NCBI GenBank assembly: GCA_050295975.1
Contig: JBNKQR010000001.1
Location: 17,335-81,334, forward strand
Source of the DNA: Thiohalomonadaceae bacterium
GTDB lineage: Bacteria > Pseudomonadota > Gammaproteobacteria > Thiohalomonadales > Thiohalomonadaceae
DNA: 64,000 bases
Direction: 5' to 3'
Part shown: in pieces, positions 62,099 to 64,000 of the stretch
How the letters are laid out: each line of letters begins with the position of its first letter
Position numbering within the stretch: the first letter of the stretch is position 1
Notes under the pieces: generated by a model
Databases searched by the model: none
What the model was told of the DNA's origin: nothing
What the model saw: only the letters and a program-made list of their open reading frames with translations
Program-made: the position numbers and the translations under genes

Positions 62099-62995
62099 AT
62101 GAAGCTTTCACTCGGTCCCATTCTCTACTTCTGGCCTCGTGAGCAGGTTCTGGAGTTTTATCGTCAGGCCGCAGAGTGGCCAGTCGATACGGTTTACCTC
62201 GGTGAGGTGGTCTGTTCTCGTCGCAATGCGTTGAAGCTGGAAGACTGGTTGCAGATCGCCGAAGAACTCACCGCCGCAGGCAAAGAGGTGGTGCTCTCCA
62301 CCCTGGCACTGATGGAAGCAGACTCGGAACTTAAGCGCATGCGTCGCATCGCCGCGAACGGTCGCTTTCTGGTCGAGGCCAACGACATGGCCGCGGTACA
62401 TGCGGTGGCGGGCAAGGTGCCCTTTGTTGCTGGGCCGCACCTTAATGCCTACAACCACGAAACACTAAAACTGTTTCATGATCTTGGCGCGAAGCGCTGG
62501 GTGATGCCAGTAGAACTGTCACAGGAATCGTTGCAGTCGATCATGGCGGGCCTGCCGGAAGGCATGGAGACCGAAGTGTTTGGTTTTGGTCGCATGCCAC
62601 TCGCCTTCTCTGCACGCTGTTTTGTTGCGCGTGCTGCCGGTCTTCCCAAAGACGACTGTCAGTTGCGCTGCATGGCCTACAGTGACGGCCTGCTGCTTCA
62701 GTCGCAGGACGAAAAAGAGTTCCTCGCCATGAACGGCATTCAAACCCTCTCCGCCAGTGCCGCTACTCTGTTGGCCGAAGTACCGCAACTCAAATCTATG
62801 GGTGTCGATCTGCTGCGCCTTTCTCCCCAGTCACGCGACATGGATCGTGTGGTACAACTCTTTGCCGAAGCGATGAATAGCGAACTCATTACAGAAGAGG
62901 GCGTTGCGATGCTGGAAAAGATCGCTATCGGTGAAATTAGTAATGGCTTCTGGCATGGCACCGCCGGGATGGACAGGTTGTCTATTTCCCACTAG
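62099..62995 (+). CDS. ubiV: U32-family protein UbiV
   Basis: Collinear with E. coli YhbV/UbiV as recalled (SLGP.L..WP, VYLGE.VCS.R, VLSTLAL, PLA.SARCF.AR). Confidence 0.85.
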   Translation: MKLSLGPILYFWPREQVLEFYRQAAEWPVDTVYLGEVVCSRRNALKLEDWLQIAEELTAAGKEVVLSTLALMEADSELKRMRRIAANGRFLVEANDMAAVHAVAGKVPFVAGPHLNAYNHETLKLFHDLGAKRWVMPVELSQESLQSIMAGLPEGMETEVFGFGRMPLAFSARCFVARAAGLPKDDCQLRCMAYSDGLLLQSQDEKEFLAMNGIQTLSASAATLLAEVPQLKSMGVDLLRLSPQSRDMDRVVQLFAEAMNSELITEEGVAMLEKIAIGEISNGFWHGTAGMDRLSISH

Positions 62996-63109
62996 TCGTA
63001 CCAGCAATCTGCACAGGTTGTTTTCATTGGGTTTGTAACTCAATTAGAATTTCCACTATGTGTTTGTGGCGCTTTGCGCCTGTTTCTCAATTTTCCAACA
63101 GGTCTGTGC

Positions 63110-64000
63110 ATGGAGTCATTCGAAAAACTCTCGAAAAGTATCACCAGACAGATCAATCGTTCCCGTAAAAAGGTAACGATACTGTTTACTGATATTGAAG
63201 ACTCCACCGGATACTGGGATCGACATGGTGATGTGAAGGGACGGATGATGGTCAACGTGCATAACCGTCTCGCCTTTCCTGTAATACAACACTTCAATGG
63301 CCGGGTCATCAAAACCATTGGCGACTCCATCATGGCCTCTTTCAAATATCCCGATGATGCAGTTAATGCCGCCGTTGCCATTCAGCAGGTATTGAGTAAG
63401 CAGCGTAAAGAGGATGCGGATTTTCAGTTAAGGGTACGCATCGGCATCCACACCGGTGAGGCGATTGTCGAAGATGGTGATGTCTTCGGTAACGTTGTGA
63501 ATACTGCGGCAAGACTTGAAGGAAAAGGCAAGGGCAACGAGATTCTGCTCTCATACAACACCGCTTCGGAACTACACGCCAAGCGCTTTGGCCTGGTTAA
63601 ACATGGCAAGGTGCTGCTCAAGGGTAAGAGCCGGGAGATCACCGTTTATAAATGCAACTGGCGTGAAATCAAAGATCTCACCGCAGATATTCGCTACCAC
63701 GGCTGGCTGCCATTAGTGCCGAAACAGAAGCGAGATATCCTCATCTATATGCTGTCGTTCGCAGCCGTGTTTTATCTCATCTATCTCAAATACCTGCGGT
63801 TCTTCATCGCCGACTCAGAAGATGCAGCACTAATATTTTTAAATCCTGAGCGATTGCTGTTGCAGGAGCCAGCATGGTTAGGCACAACCATTGGTGTCCC
63901 CCTTGTATTGCTTATGTTGCTGTTTAATTCACGCTCCATACCAGGATTCCTGCTGCACATCATCAAGGGCGGCTTCGGTTTCGCCACCGCCTTTCTAGTG
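63110..64000 (+). CDS. class III adenylate/guanylate cyclase with C-terminal membrane region (partial, runs off the window)
   Basis: Not in the ORF track because no stop is reached. My own translation from ATG 63110 gives MESFEKLSKS...ILFTDIEDSTGYWDRHGD...GIHTGEAIVEDGDVFGNVVNTAARLEG, then hydrophobic segments. The frame stays open for 297 codons to the window end. Confidence 0.85.
   Translation, partial: MESFEKLSKSITRQINRSRKKVTILFTDIEDSTGYWDRHGDVKGRMMVNVHNRLAFPVIQHFNGRVIKTIGDSIMASFKYPDDAVNAAVAIQQVLSKQRKEDADFQLRVRIGIHTGEAIVEDGDVFGNVVNTAARLEGKGKGNEILLSYNTASELHAKRFGLVKHGKVLLKGKSREITVYKCNWREIKDLTADIRYHGWLPLVPKQKRDILIYMLSFAAVFYLIYLKYLRFFIADSEDAALIFLNPERLLLQEPAWLGTTIGVPLVLLMLLFNSRSIPGFLLHIIKGGFGFATAFLV

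Noticed and set aside
63068-63080. GGCGC-TTT-GCGCC hairpin after ubiV as a terminator
   Set aside because: The stem has only 5 bp and the T-tract is interrupted. This is too weak to call.
63040-63381. 113-aa minus-strand ORF
   Set aside because: It is antisense to the clearly recognisable cyclase homology domain on the plus strand.

Overview
This is a chromosomal segment that is almost entirely coding. It looks like a facultatively anaerobic, chemolithoautotrophic gammaproteobacterium. That assignment is an inference from gene content, because no rRNA or tRNA gene is present to anchor it.

Gene content from left to right:
- speE, pyrE and ampG.
- metXW and a solitary dynamin-like GTPase.
- yggU-yggT-proC-yggS, divergent from pilT-pilU.
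- A ruvX-pyrR-pyrB-pyrC' string that ends in a PyrK-like flavoprotein, followed on the same strand by tonB-like, apbE and gshB.
- The Pil-Chp twitching chemosensory cluster pilG-pilH-pilI-pilJ-chpA-chpC, with no CheR or CheB gene, followed by a cytochrome c4.
- A methyl-cycle block metK / ahcY-metF-rsmE, with a recognisable SAH riboswitch in front of ahcY.
- A Calvin-type operon tkt-gap-pgk-pyk-fba.
- A form II RuBisCO locus: cbbR, a small methyltransferase, cbbM, a terminator, then cbbQ-cbbO.
- A more accessory-looking right end: a GGDEF protein, a GMC flavoprotein pair, a Cys/His/Met-rich secreted protein, a cytochrome c, cheV, a TauD-like dioxygenase and a nitronate monooxygenase.
- An rSAM-rSAM-ubiU-ubiV string preceded by an FNR-like box.
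- A class III cyclase that runs off the window and is missing from the ORF track.

Non-coding observations worth attention:
- A 194-nt MITE-like element with 30-nt terminal inverted repeats lies between ubiU and ubiV.
- Two further long palindromic intergenic elements lie after metK and between gap and pgk.
- An inverted block of GGT(A/G)AAA heptads lies between ahcY and metF.
- A CTTATG half-site recurs in all three cbb promoter regions.
- A 580-nt non-coding stretch lies upstream of tkt.

I saw no CRISPR array, rRNA, tRNA, transposase or integrase. All identifications come from reading the translated ORFs and the DNA by eye, and no database search was run.
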